Source: Candidatus Margulisiibacteriota bacterium
GTDB lineage: Bacteria; Margulisbacteria; WOR-1; O2-12-FULL-45-9; XYB2-FULL-48-7
Direction of reading: 5' to 3'
Assembly (NCBI GenBank): GCA_025453605.1
Contig: JALOPZ010000002.1
Location: 388,631 to 452,630, forward strand
DNA: 64,000 nucleotides
The notes beneath the pieces were generated by a model. That model had not been told where the DNA came from and did no database searches. It saw only the letters and a list, made by a program, of their open reading frames with translations. Numbering within the stretch: position 1 is the first letter of the stretch; each line of letters starts with the position of its first letter. Positions 17,721-26,646 of this stretch are shown here, piece after piece. Position numbers and translations under genes: made by a program.

Positions 17721-20700
17721 GCTGAATAGTTCCTTCCGACCCCGGCCAGAACAGCTTCTTCCTGCTGGGCCGCCAGATACCGGTCGTAGGCCGACGCCGG
17801 CTTGGCGAACCGGGGCTGCTTGGTTTCTTTCTTGACGCTGGCCTCGGTCCGGGCCGCGGCAACCTCGATCTTCTTCGCCGGCTTCTCTTCCTTGACCGGG
17901 AGCTCGCCGACACTTGCCAGGATCATCCCGGCCCGCTCAACCTCAAGATTATACAACCGCGGCGGCTGAGGCGCCAGCGGGACAACCGGGACCGGCTGCG
18001 GTTGGACCGCTGCCGTTTTGACCGGCCGGGCCGCCGCCAGCTTCTTCAAGATCTCTTCGACCGTCGCCTTATCAACCCCCTTGAGCAGAGCGAGACAGGT
18101 ATTCTCGTCCTTATTTCTCAGGTTGAGATCGGCGATCAGCTGATCGGCTTTGGAGACATAGATATCCTGCTCTTCTTCGACCCGGTGGGCATTGGCTGCC
18201 TTGGCGTCGGCCGCCTTTTGCGCGGTTGCTTCGTCGATCTTCCGGCCGGCATCCAGAGCCGCCTGTCCGGCCGCCACGATCTGCTCCCCTGCCTGCTGCG
18301 CGGCCGGTGTCGCAACGCTGGCCAGAGTCGTTGTCTGGGTCGTCGATCCGCTGCCGCTTTCGACCGCTTCACCCAGGTTCTTGAGCATGGTCTGCAGGGC
18401 GGCGATCTCTCTGTTCAGCTCCTTGATCTCGCCGCGGTTCCCTTTGATCTCCCCCATCAGTTCGTCGATCTTCCCTTTGGCCGCCTCGGTCCCGGCCAGG
18501 GCCGCTTTATGAGCTAGCTTGGCGTTCCGATATGAATCATTAATAGCTATTTTGATATTCTCTTTCTTCGTCAGGTCTGCCTGCTTAGTTTTCCGCTCTG
18601 CCGCTGTCAGCTTACCGCTCTCCAACTCCTGCCGGAGCGCGGCGATCTCCTTCTTATTCTGAACATACTGTTGCTCCAGGCTGGTCAGGTTATTGGCTGT
18701 TTTGACGACCGTCAGCGCGGCTGTCCCCTTGGCTGTCGCCAGCTCGTTGCGCTGGGCGACCAGAGCGGTGATCTCCGCCTGTTTCTGGGCGATCTCCGCC
18801 TGTTTCTGGGCGATCAGCGTCTTGATCTCCGTTTTGGTCAGCTGCTCGGGGTTACCGGCTGCCGCCTGGTTCGGAGCGGTTTTGAACTGGCCTTTGAGGC
18901 CGGATACTTCCTGTTCCAGCTTGACCTGAGCCGCTTTCCCCGATTCGATCTTGGCGTCAAAAGATTTGGTCAGGGCGTCAAGCGAATCGGCCAGGACTTT
19001 CTGGGAGCGGGCCGCCTGTTCCTGCCGCTGGAACTGGTGGGTCACGACCTGCTGGGCCGCCGCCGGATTGCCGGCCGCCGCCGCACCCGCTTCACCGGCC
19101 CGGGTCTGATCGGACGCAGTTGCCTTCTCCAGTTCGTTAACGGTCGCGATATCCGGGTTAAGGAAACTCTGGATAGTATAAACGGAGCTCTCCGGCATCA
19201 TCTTAAAGAACGAAAGGGCGGCATCGGCCTGCATTGATTTAAAACCGAGAACGTCCATCCCCTCTTCGCTCTGCGCCATCATATACTGGTGGGTCTCGAT
19301 GTCAGACTCCATACTATCGAGCGCGCCGGCAAAACCGGCCCCCTCTTCTTCACGCTCTTCAGTCGCGCAGGCGTTATTCTCTTCCTTCTTCTCTTTCCCG
19401 TCCGTTTTCTTCCCGCTCAGATCATTATGGACCGTATTCGATTTTTCATCATCGCCGGTGAAGCAGAGCGGGATCAGAGCGTTCAAGGAGCGGCCGACCA
19501 GATTGATGGTTGAGGAGAGTTTACCAACATTGCGCATGCTCCGGATCAGTTCACCCTTCTGGGAATTCAGCTTTTCTTTATCGACGTTCGATTGCGCCGG
19601 ATAGCTCTCCGCGATCTGCTTATCGATCTGCGCGATCTCTTTCTTCGTCCCGGCCCTGGCGATCGAGCACGAGAGCGAGATGGTCGAGACCGCGGCGCCA
19701 ACGAACGCCTGGGTCATCTGAACATATGCTTCGCGCTTCTGGTTCTCGCGCTGAACGATCGACTCCAGCGTCCCCTTGAGCGCCTCCAGGATCGAGAGGG
19801 CCGCCGAGCGGTTCGCTTCGACGATATCGGTCAGACTGGTGGAGGCCTGGAACTTGCCCATCGCCGCCTTGATCTCGCGCATGATCTGCATCGCCATGGC
19901 GATCGCCAGCTTGGCGTTGTATAAGCGCTCCATCCGGGTGTTGACCAACGCGGTATCGCCGCTGACGGACGAAAGACCGTAGTCGAGCGAGTTGATCAGA
20001 TCGGTCGACATCTGGCGCATGATCTCGTCTTCGCGCGCGTCCAGCTCGTCGGTCCAGTCGCCGGTTTTTTCGCTCTTCTTTTTGCCGTTCATTTCGTCGA
20101 CCGTGTCGTTGACATTGTAGTTCTTGAGCGCGCCGATATCGGCATTGGTCGTGTTGTTCGCTTCGATCACGCTGTACATGTTGGCGGCCAGGTTGCCGAG
20201 GGCCGGCAGGACCTCAGCCAACGCCATCCCGAACGAGCCGGCGGAGGTGGTCGCCATCAGGGACATGCTGGCGGCCGAGCAGGCGATATTGATCCCGCCG
20301 GTAATGCCGGCGTTGATCAGCTGTTTCTCGGCGTCACGCCCCTGGTTCATTACCGCCGCGGTCGTCCGCAGGTCGGCCGCCAGGTTGCTGACGATCCGGA
20401 GAGCGGCCGAGAAGCTGGCCTGATTGACCGATTTGGTCAGCTCCTCGGCGGCGGTCCCCGGCGCGACGCCGGTCAGCTCGCGCTGGACCGCGGCCCGGAC
20501 CTTGGCGCCGAGCGTCAAGGCATCGGAGAGGACCTGCTTCAGGGTGAAGATCCGCTGGATCTGCTTGATCGTTTTGGCGAGCTGGCTGTTGTTAAGCCCG
20601 TGGTAGCCGTCGCCGGTCCCGATCAGACCATTGGCCAGGAAGTCGAGCATCGCCTGCGCTTCCATCCGATCCAGTTTCCCCTCGATCGAATCGTCGTTGG

Positions 20701-23677
20701 CCGCCCGATTCGCCAGAAAAGCGTCCATCTCTTTGTCATTGGACCGATAGCTGATATTGCGCGATTCGTTGCTGGCGGCCAGACCGATCGAAACAGCCGA
20801 GCCGGCGATCGCCGCGCCGAGGTTAATGAACGCCCCGGCGACCGAACCGGCCGGTAAGAGCGAGACGATAAAACCGGCGATCGCGCCGACGCTCTGCCCC
20901 GCCGCGCCAGCGTTCATTTTGCCAAGGGCGATCTGCTTCTGGGTCTCCATGTTCCGGGCGGTGATGTACTGCGACAGCTGGAAGGTGATCGCCGAGGCGA
21001 CCGCCTGCCGCTGAGCAAGGAGCGCTTCGACGCTCTTCATCGTCAACCCTTCGATCGTCGATTCGCCCAGGCTCCCGCCGAAGGTCGCCTTGACCAGCCG
21101 GTTAATATCCTGCTTCTGTTTGGCGAGATAAAAAAGGACGCGGATCGCGTTGTTAAGGGCGTTCAGCTTCCGCTCGAAATTGGCGATCGCCTTGGAATCG
21201 AGGTGGTACATCCCGTCCTTGGTTTTGACCAGAAAAGCGTCGCCTTTGGCGAGGGCGCTCTCCATCTGGGCGATCTCGGCGTCAATGCTGTTAAAGACGT
21301 CGACGACCGTCTCGCCGGTGGAAGCGGTATCCGCTACCACATCAGAAGGAGTCGGCGCGCTGACATTGGGGGTGTCGATATCGCTCAAGATCTGGGAAGC
21401 GGCCAAAGCGGCGGTAGCGCCGAGCGCCGCACAAGCCGCGCCGACCGCGGTCAGCGCCGGCACCCAGGCTGGTGTCGAGGAACCGAGAGAGGCGACCGTG
21501 CAGATCGCGGCGATCACGACCGACGCGATCATCAGAACAATAGCGGCCGCCTGCATCGCCTTGGCCTGCTCCAGCCGGTCAAAGGTGTCGATGTTGAGGA
21601 GGAGCTGGTTGAAAACCGCCGCCCGCATCATCAGCTGCGAGAGGGCGGCGTCGACGATCTGGGTGGTCGGGCCGGTCATCAAGTCGGCCCCGGCGGCGAC
21701 CAGTTCGGCGTTGGTGGCAAAACCGCTCAGGCCGGTCAGCTCGCGGTAAACAGTGTTGCGGATCTCGCTCTTGAGCACGGCCAGGGCGGCGGCCATCCGG
21801 TAAGCGTTCTGTGCTTTGACGACGTTCCCCCGAACGACCTTAACCAGCTGGTCGATGTGCAGGTCCTGGATCGCGTCGCTGTTGTAGAAACCCGGTTCCG
21901 CCCATTTCACCGCTTTACCGTTGCTGCTGTAGTAGATCCCGTCGGACGAATCGCCGTCGGGATCGAAATCTTCGATCCCGAAATAATCGCGCTGGCCCGG
22001 ATCTTCTAAACTATCGAGGACCATGCCTCCAGGCACCAAAAGAATGCCGTAACCGCCCAGCTTGTCGTTGACATAATTCCAGGCCCGGGAGATCCCCTCG
22101 TACAGGACAAAGCGGATCCCGTCGACGAGATTATCGAGCACGATGTTGTCGAGGATATCGTCAACGACGACCCGGCCGATCCACTGGATAGCGTCGCCAA
22201 CACCGCCGTGAGTGCCGTAACCGCCATCCGCCCCCCACCCCTCTTTGGACGCCCAGGCCTTCTCCCACCCTTCGCCGCTAGTCCAGTTCTCGTTATCGTA
22301 GGCCCAGCCGAAAAGGGTCCAAATGATGTGGTCGACGAACTCGCCGATATAATTGAGCGCCGTGGCGATCACGTCAAGGATATTGGCTACCAGGGTCAGA
22401 CAAAACTCGACCGGGTTACGGGTCATATTGATCCCCATCTGACCCAGGTTAAGGACCTGGCCGATGATCGCACCACCGACCCCCAGTTCTTCTCCCAGCC
22501 AGTTCTGGCCGGCGCGCAGACACCCCCCCATACCGGACCAGAATTCATCCCAGCCGCCCGACCACATCTTGTCCCAGGCGGCGTCGCAGTCGTCGATCGC
22601 CTCCATCTCCTCGAGCTTCTTGTTGACTTCCTCCATCTTATCGTCGATCTGCTTGCCGAATTCATCCAGCTTGACCGTCAGCGCGCCCAGCCCGGAGGCG
22701 ACCGAAAGGGCCAGCATCCCCATCGCGCTGTTCTCCGGCATCTGCGCCAGCCCGTCGGTCATCTCTTTGATCATCGTCTGGATCAGCTGCTTGAACACTT
22801 CCAGGTTCCGCTTCATCGCTTCCAGGTACTGTTTCTGGTCCTGGCAGATCTTCCGGTTCAGCTTCTGGGCCTCATAACCTTGCGACCACCAGTTCGACCA
22901 CTTAAAGCCGCTGCTGTTCGACTCGTTCTGAGCGTCGGCCAGCTTTTTGTTGTAAACCGCGGTGTTATGGGTGTTGACCTCTTCCAGCATCTTGGCAAAA
23001 CCTTGCTGAGAAGCTTTCAGGATACCGGAGAAAAGCTTGAGGACGCCGGCGCGCATACTGGCCGATTTACCGCCGTTATCCATCTGCTGGCCGGTATAGA
23101 TCTCGTCGATCAGGTTGTTGATATCCCCCTTGAGCGACATGGCGATCGCCAGGCCGAGGAGCATGTTGAGGTAATGCATCATCTTGCGGGTGAACTCTTT
23201 AAGCGCCTCGTCCTTGAGGTAATAATAACCGTCGGCGCCGGCGCTGGTGTCGATCATTTTATCGGGATCAAAACCGCTGAAGAGGCCGTCCAGCCCTGCG
23301 TCAACAGTGCCGAAAGCTTCTTCCGCGCCGTAGTCGCCGGTCTCGGTCGGGGCGCCGGTCTGGCCAGCGCCAGTAGTCGGGCAAGCATCGCCAGGCTGAC
23401 CGACGCCAGGGTTAACCGGCATGGTCGCCAGGCCGTAAGCGGCAGAGTTGACAACGTAGTTGTCGCCTTCCCGCCCGGCGGCGCGAATATGGGGAGCGGG
23501 GGGATTGGTCCCGGCGGTGACGGTTGCCGCGTCGGGGCCGTTCAACTCCGCCCCGGCCGCCAGGATCGGATCGGCGGTCACAAACTGCGGTTGAGCGGCA
23601 GCGGCGGATGAGCCAAGGAGCTCACCATCGCGGGTGATGTTCTTAATATCAGGGGCTTGAATGGTCGGTGCTGTCAT
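17717..23677 (-). CDS. Giant protein with ~5 degenerate coiled-coil+hydrophobic-hairpin repeats and a long C-terminal coiled coil
   Basis: 1986-aa ORF; recurring DG[YM][YH] and RELTG motifs at about 205-aa spacing; no signal peptide. Confidence 0.9.
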   Translation of the reverse strand: MTAPTIQAPDIKNITRDGELLGSSAAAAQPQFVTADPILAAGAELNGPDAATVTAGTNPPAPHIRAAGREGDNYVVNSAAYGLATMPVNPGVGQPGDACPTTGAGQTGAPTETGDYGAEEAFGTVDAGLDGLFSGFDPDKMIDTSAGADGYYYLKDEALKEFTRKMMHYLNMLLGLAIAMSLKGDINNLIDEIYTGQQMDNGGKSASMRAGVLKLFSGILKASQQGFAKMLEEVNTHNTAVYNKKLADAQNESNSSGFKWSNWWSQGYEAQKLNRKICQDQKQYLEAMKRNLEVFKQLIQTMIKEMTDGLAQMPENSAMGMLALSVASGLGALTVKLDEFGKQIDDKMEEVNKKLEEMEAIDDCDAAWDKMWSGGWDEFWSGMGGCLRAGQNWLGEELGVGGAIIGQVLNLGQMGINMTRNPVEFCLTLVANILDVIATALNYIGEFVDHIIWTLFGWAYDNENWTSGEGWEKAWASKEGWGADGGYGTHGGVGDAIQWIGRVVVDDILDNIVLDNLVDGIRFVLYEGISRAWNYVNDKLGGYGILLVPGGMVLDSLEDPGQRDYFGIEDFDPDGDSSDGIYYSSNGKAVKWAEPGFYNSDAIQDLHIDQLVKVVRGNVVKAQNAYRMAAALAVLKSEIRNTVYRELTGLSGFATNAELVAAGADLMTGPTTQIVDAALSQLMMRAAVFNQLLLNIDTFDRLEQAKAMQAAAIVLMIASVVIAAICTVASLGSSTPAWVPALTAVGAACAALGATAALAASQILSDIDTPNVSAPTPSDVVADTASTGETVVDVFNSIDAEIAQMESALAKGDAFLVKTKDGMYHLDSKAIANFERKLNALNNAIRVLFYLAKQKQDINRLVKATFGGSLGESTIEGLTMKSVEALLAQRQAVASAITFQLSQYITARNMETQKQIALGKMNAGAAGQSVGAIAGFIVSLLPAGSVAGAFINLGAAIAGSAVSIGLAASNESRNISYRSNDKEMDAFLANRAANDDSIEGKLDRMEAQAMLDFLANGLIGTGDGYHGLNNSQLAKTIKQIQRIFTLKQVLSDALTLGAKVRAAVQRELTGVAPGTAAEELTKSVNQASFSAALRIVSNLAADLRTTAAVMNQGRDAEKQLINAGITGGINIACSAASMSLMATTSAGSFGMALAEVLPALGNLAANMYSVIEANNTTNADIGALKNYNVNDTVDEMNGKKKSEKTGDWTDELDAREDEIMRQMSTDLINSLDYGLSSVSGDTALVNTRMERLYNAKLAIAMAMQIMREIKAAMGKFQASTSLTDIVEANRSAALSILEALKGTLESIVQRENQKREAYVQMTQAFVGAAVSTISLSCSIARAGTKKEIAQIDKQIAESYPAQSNVDKEKLNSQKGELIRSMRNVGKLSSTINLVGRSLNALIPLCFTGDDEKSNTVHNDLSGKKTDGKEKKEENNACATEEREEEGAGFAGALDSMESDIETHQYMMAQSEEGMDVLGFKSMQADAALSFFKMMPESSVYTIQSFLNPDIATVNELEKATASDQTRAGEAGAAAAGNPAAAQQVVTHQFQRQEQAARSQKVLADSLDALTKSFDAKIESGKAAQVKLEQEVSGLKGQFKTAPNQAAAGNPEQLTKTEIKTLIAQKQAEIAQKQAEITALVAQRNELATAKGTAALTVVKTANNLTSLEQQYVQNKKEIAALRQELESGKLTAAERKTKQADLTKKENIKIAINDSYRNAKLAHKAALAGTEAAKGKIDELMGEIKGNRGEIKELNREIAALQTMLKNLGEAVESGSGSTTQTTTLASVATPAAQQAGEQIVAAGQAALDAGRKIDEATAQKAADAKAANAHRVEEEQDIYVSKADQLIADLNLRNKDENTCLALLKGVDKATVEEILKKLAAARPVKTAAVQPQPVPVVPLAPQPPRLYNLEVERAGMILASVGELPVKEEKPAKKIEVAAARTEASVKKETKQPRFAKPASAYDRYLAAQQEEAVLAGVGRNYSA

Positions 23678-23686
23678 TACAAATAT

Positions 23687-23715
23687 ATATCGGTCCGAAG
23701 GGGGAAAAACTTGCG
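23687..23715 (-). promoter_or_regulatory. Sigma-28-like promoter copy 4
   Basis: CGCAAGTTTT-N11-ACCGATAT, 9 nt before ATG 23677. Confidence 0.8.
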
Positions 23716-23731
23716 TAATTTGGGGACTTTT

Positions 23732-24964
23732 TTAGCTGGCGGATGGGACAGCAACCTGCCCCTTATTTTGCCTAATACCGTCTAAAATCTGACCGATCCG
23801 GCCGACATCCGTTTGACCTAATTGTTTAAGTGTTACCCTGATCTGCCAAAAAGCCTTGCTGTAGCCTGGCTCTTTGACATCGACCCGGGCGAGTTTCGCC
23901 TCAATTTCCGGGTTTTTAAGCTCCCGAAGCTTGCCGAGCGCCTTATCGTTCCACTCTGATTCTTCGATCGCCTTGCGCTCCGGCAGCTTACCCTCGATCA
24001 TGTACTGCCTGAGAATGGTCGCCGCGAACCGGTCGCGGGAGAGAGCGTCTGTCAACTCCATATCCAGCCCGTCGCGGGACATTTCGCCCTGAAGCTGCAA
24101 AGCCAGTTTGTAAAAGACCATCAGCGCCTGCTGTTGTTCGTGCTTTGAACCGTTGAGCAGCTCAGCCAGTTGGCTGGCCACGTCGTCGGCCCGGTATTCG
24201 CCGTCCTGAGGCGGGAAGTAAGCCTCCATCAGCGCCCGATGCCGCGAGGTCATCAGCTTGAGTTCTTCATGATTGTTTTCCGTCAATCCTCTGGCCACCG
24301 CCAGCAGGTTTTTGGCGCCGATCAATGTCCGGATCCGGGAGGCGGACAAAAAAGTCCGCGCGTCCTGACCGGTCCCACGCAAATAGGTTTTCCCCTGGCG
24401 CAAATTCTCGACCAGTTCACCGGTTGAGACTTTGTCCTTATCACCCATCAGACTGTGCCACTGCTGTTCGCCCACTTTCTGGCCGATCATCTCGGCAAAA
24501 TCCTCTCTGGTGATCCCCCCGCGCAGCTCCGCGGCGGTAAGGACCCTCATAAATTTATCCCGCGGCAGGCTGGCGACGTCGCCGCTCAGAAAATAGACAG
24601 TTTCAAAATAAGCATCCACCCCATCGTTAGCCGGCCGTCCGTTGGGTACAGCGGTCTGGCGCCCCCCCGCGACAGCCACCTTCCCACCCCCGGCCGCTGG
24701 GGCATCCCCTTTGATCTCCGTATCGGCCAGCAACCCGTCATCCCCGGCCACCGCTTTCCACTCCTTTTCGGAGAGAGAGATCTTGACCGTGTCGGAGCAA
24801 TAATCCTGCAGCTCCTTCAGGCTGATCTGTTTATCGCCATCCTGATCGAGCAGCTTGATCTCCCCATCGGCCCCCTGTTTGCTCGAGGAGGCGCTAAGCT
24901 TATTCTTACCGACATATGACGCCACCTGCCGGGCGCTCAATAAGACTTTACCGGTTTCGTTCAT
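23732..24964 (-). CDS. EF-hand-containing hypothetical protein
   Basis: 410 aa; canonical loop DQDGDKQISLKE (24812-24847) plus degenerate loops (AGDDGLLADTE, MGDKDKVSTGE). Confidence 0.8.
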   Translation of the reverse strand: MNETGKVLLSARQVASYVGKNKLSASSSKQGADGEIKLLDQDGDKQISLKELQDYCSDTVKISLSEKEWKAVAGDDGLLADTEIKGDAPAAGGGKVAVAGGRQTAVPNGRPANDGVDAYFETVYFLSGDVASLPRDKFMRVLTAAELRGGITREDFAEMIGQKVGEQQWHSLMGDKDKVSTGELVENLRQGKTYLRGTGQDARTFLSASRIRTLIGAKNLLAVARGLTENNHEELKLMTSRHRALMEAYFPPQDGEYRADDVASQLAELLNGSKHEQQQALMVFYKLALQLQGEMSRDGLDMELTDALSRDRFAATILRQYMIEGKLPERKAIEESEWNDKALGKLRELKNPEIEAKLARVDVKEPGYSKAFWQIRVTLKQLGQTDVGRIGQILDGIRQNKGQVAVPSAS

Positions 24965-25191
24965 TTTTTATCCCTCTGCTCGCGCAGCGCCGTCTTCAGG
25001 TCGGTCAGCTGGGAGCGCATCTTCTGCTGGACCTGCTCCAGATGCGCCTGGGCCGCTTTGGTCCGCCGCCGGGCAGCCGCCAGGGCGACATAGCCGGTCA
25101 GCACCCGCCCGATCGCCGAAACGATCAGCAAGAACGAGAGCGCCAGCGAAAAGCTGACCAGATTAAAGTTTTGCGCCAAATAATCGAACAT
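24961..25191 (-). CDS. Small membrane protein (TM helix + coiled coil)
   Basis: 76 aa; AAGGGGAG RBS; LVSFSLALSFLLIVSAIG hydrophobic stretch; ATGA overlap with the next gene. Confidence 0.8.
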   Translation of the reverse strand: MFDYLAQNFNLVSFSLALSFLLIVSAIGRVLTGYVALAAARRRTKAAQAHLEQVQQKMRSQLTDLKTALREQRDKK

Positions 25192-25201
25192 TATTCTCCC
25201 C

Positions 25202-25489
25202 TTATTTCAAAAGCGAGATCGTCGCCGTATTGAACCACTGACGGACTTTCCCCTGAATAAGATCCGGCATAGTCGAACCTTGGGCGGCCGCGCCCACCTT
25301 GGGCTGGCCGTTCCGGTCAGTCCGCTGGACCGCGTTCTGCGCCGCTTTGGTATCGCCCTGGACCGGCGAATGAAGCATATCCAAACACCGTTCGGCCGCC
25401 TCATCGGTCGCCCGCCGGCGCTCGCCGAGATTTTGCCGGCCCGGGCACTTGTTCGAGTCGGCGAGCTGATTGGTCATTTGGACGCCCAT
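25202..25489 (-). CDS. Hypothetical protein (95 aa)
   Basis: AAGGAG RBS; TAATG coupling with the upstream gene. Confidence 0.65.
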   Translation of the reverse strand: MGVQMTNQLADSNKCPGRQNLGERRRATDEAAERCLDMLHSPVQGDTKAAQNAVQRTDRNGQPKVGAAAQGSTMPDLIQGKVRQWFNTATISLLK

Positions 25490-25662
25490 TACAGCAACTC
25501 CTTACGGGCGGCGGCGTAGTCGCCCTTGTTGCCCGACGGTATTTCCTCGGGCGTGATGCCGGACCGGTTCTCCAGAGCGAGCAGATCGGTAACCTCTTTA
25601 CAGAGGGTATCGATCTCCGCTCCGAGCTTATTCAAATTGATGTTTTCGACCGTCGATTCCAT
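25489..25662 (-). CDS. Hypothetical small protein (57 aa)
   Basis: ATG 25662 (MESTVENINL) after a GGAGGGA RBS; first gene behind promoter copy 5. Confidence 0.65.
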   Translation of the reverse strand: MESTVENINLNKLGAEIDTLCKEVTDLLALENRSGITPEEIPSGNKGDYAAARKELL

Positions 25663-25685
25663 ATCTGATAGTCCCTCCACTGGTT

Positions 25686-25714
25686 ATATCGGGCTTACCC
25701 CCAAAAAACTTGCA
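25686..25714 (-). promoter_or_regulatory. Sigma-28-like promoter copy 5
   Basis: TGCAAGTTTT-N11-CCCGATAT. Confidence 0.8.
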
Positions 25715-25720
25715 TCGGGA

Positions 25721-26440
25721 TCACGGTTTTTTTACGGCCTCAACCAGGGGGGCAAAAAAGGCGCGGATCCGGTCAACTGTCCCAGCCTCCCCGGGGTCCC
25801 AGCTCTTCCCCAGGACCAGGTCAACCTCGCCCAGGAGAAAGATATCCCGGTTAGGCTTGTTCCCCTCGCCGACCGTCCTGATCGTCAGCGGACGGACGGT
25901 CGCCCCGGCTTTAGCCGCCAGACTAAGCAATTTCTCCAGTTTTTCGCGGGAATGACGGCTTTCTCCGTAGAAGATCTCATAGTAAATAACGACCGGTTTT
26001 TCGGACTGCAGCCGCTGATAGATCGCCCCGGCAAATAGCCAGGCAGCCGGCCGGTCATCATCCCGACGCGGATAGGGGATATAACCGAGGGTCCGCAAGA
26101 CCCGGCCGACGATCCAGAGCTTGAGGAGCGAATCGGCTACCACCATCGGGAGCTCGGACGAGAGGGCGGCTACCAGGTAGAGAGGAGCGTTGCGGCACGG
26201 TCGGTTGACCAGCAGAATGGTCCGGCCGGCGGCCAGCACCGCCTGACCGGGGGCGACGATCCGGACCCCGCCCAACCGGAGAAAAAAGGCGACGATCACC
26301 CGGGCGATCTGACGGTATAACACTTTTCCCGCCGGGCCCCATGGGGCGATCAGCCAGGAAAACAGGTAAAAGAAAAGAAAGAGCAGCCTAATCCCGAGCC
26401 AGTAATAAAGGTTGGCGATCAGGCGCCGCAGCCATCTCAT
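25721..26440 (-). CDS. Degenerate PlsC-like acyltransferase-fold membrane protein
   Basis: N-terminal TM segment and PlsC-like layout; motif I reads NRPCRNAP (no His or Asp); similar to 26643..27323 (PLYLVAA, GRVL). Confidence 0.65.
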   Translation of the reverse strand: MRWLRRLIANLYYWLGIRLLFLFFYLFSWLIAPWGPAGKVLYRQIARVIVAFFLRLGGVRIVAPGQAVLAAGRTILLVNRPCRNAPLYLVAALSSELPMVVADSLLKLWIVGRVLRTLGYIPYPRRDDDRPAAWLFAGAIYQRLQSEKPVVIYYEIFYGESRHSREKLEKLLSLAAKAGATVRPLTIRTVGEGNKPNRDIFLLGEVDLVLGKSWDPGEAGTVDRIRAFFAPLVEAVKKP

Positions 26441-26646
26441 GGCTTGTTATCGTCGTCAACCTGGCTGAAAAAATCGATCTTATAAACCTCGGCCGTTTTC
26501 TGTTCCAGGGCGCTCTTTTCTTTTTCCAGCCGGTCGATGGTCTCACGCAGGCTCGCGGCGCTGGCCGCGGCGGCGACCGTATTCCGCACGACCAAACTGA
26601 TCAGCACGATCAGGACCACCAGCACGATCAGCCAGATGATCATCAT
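26437..26646 (-). CDS. Small membrane protein (TM helix + coiled coil)
   Basis: 69 aa; GGAGGAGG RBS; overlaps both neighbours. Confidence 0.75.
   Translation of the reverse strand: MMIIWLIVLVVLIVLISLVVRNTVAAAASAASLRETIDRLEKEKSALEQKTAEVYKIDFFSQVDDDNKP

Noticed and set aside
18770-18814. 21-bp direct repeat
   Set aside because: Simple one-heptad duplication (IAQKQAE twice) within a coiled coil; not a separate element.
10078-23611. Long plus-strand ORFs (10078-11256, 11826-12806, 21203-22009, 22208-23611)
   Set aside because: Antisense to the coupled minus-strand genes that carry RBSs, promoters and internal repeats; no motifs of their own.
17717-23677. Phage tape-measure protein / prophage
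   Set aside because: No terminase, capsid, tail, integrase or att features nearby; genes follow host-type promoter motifs. Not fully excluded without a profile search.
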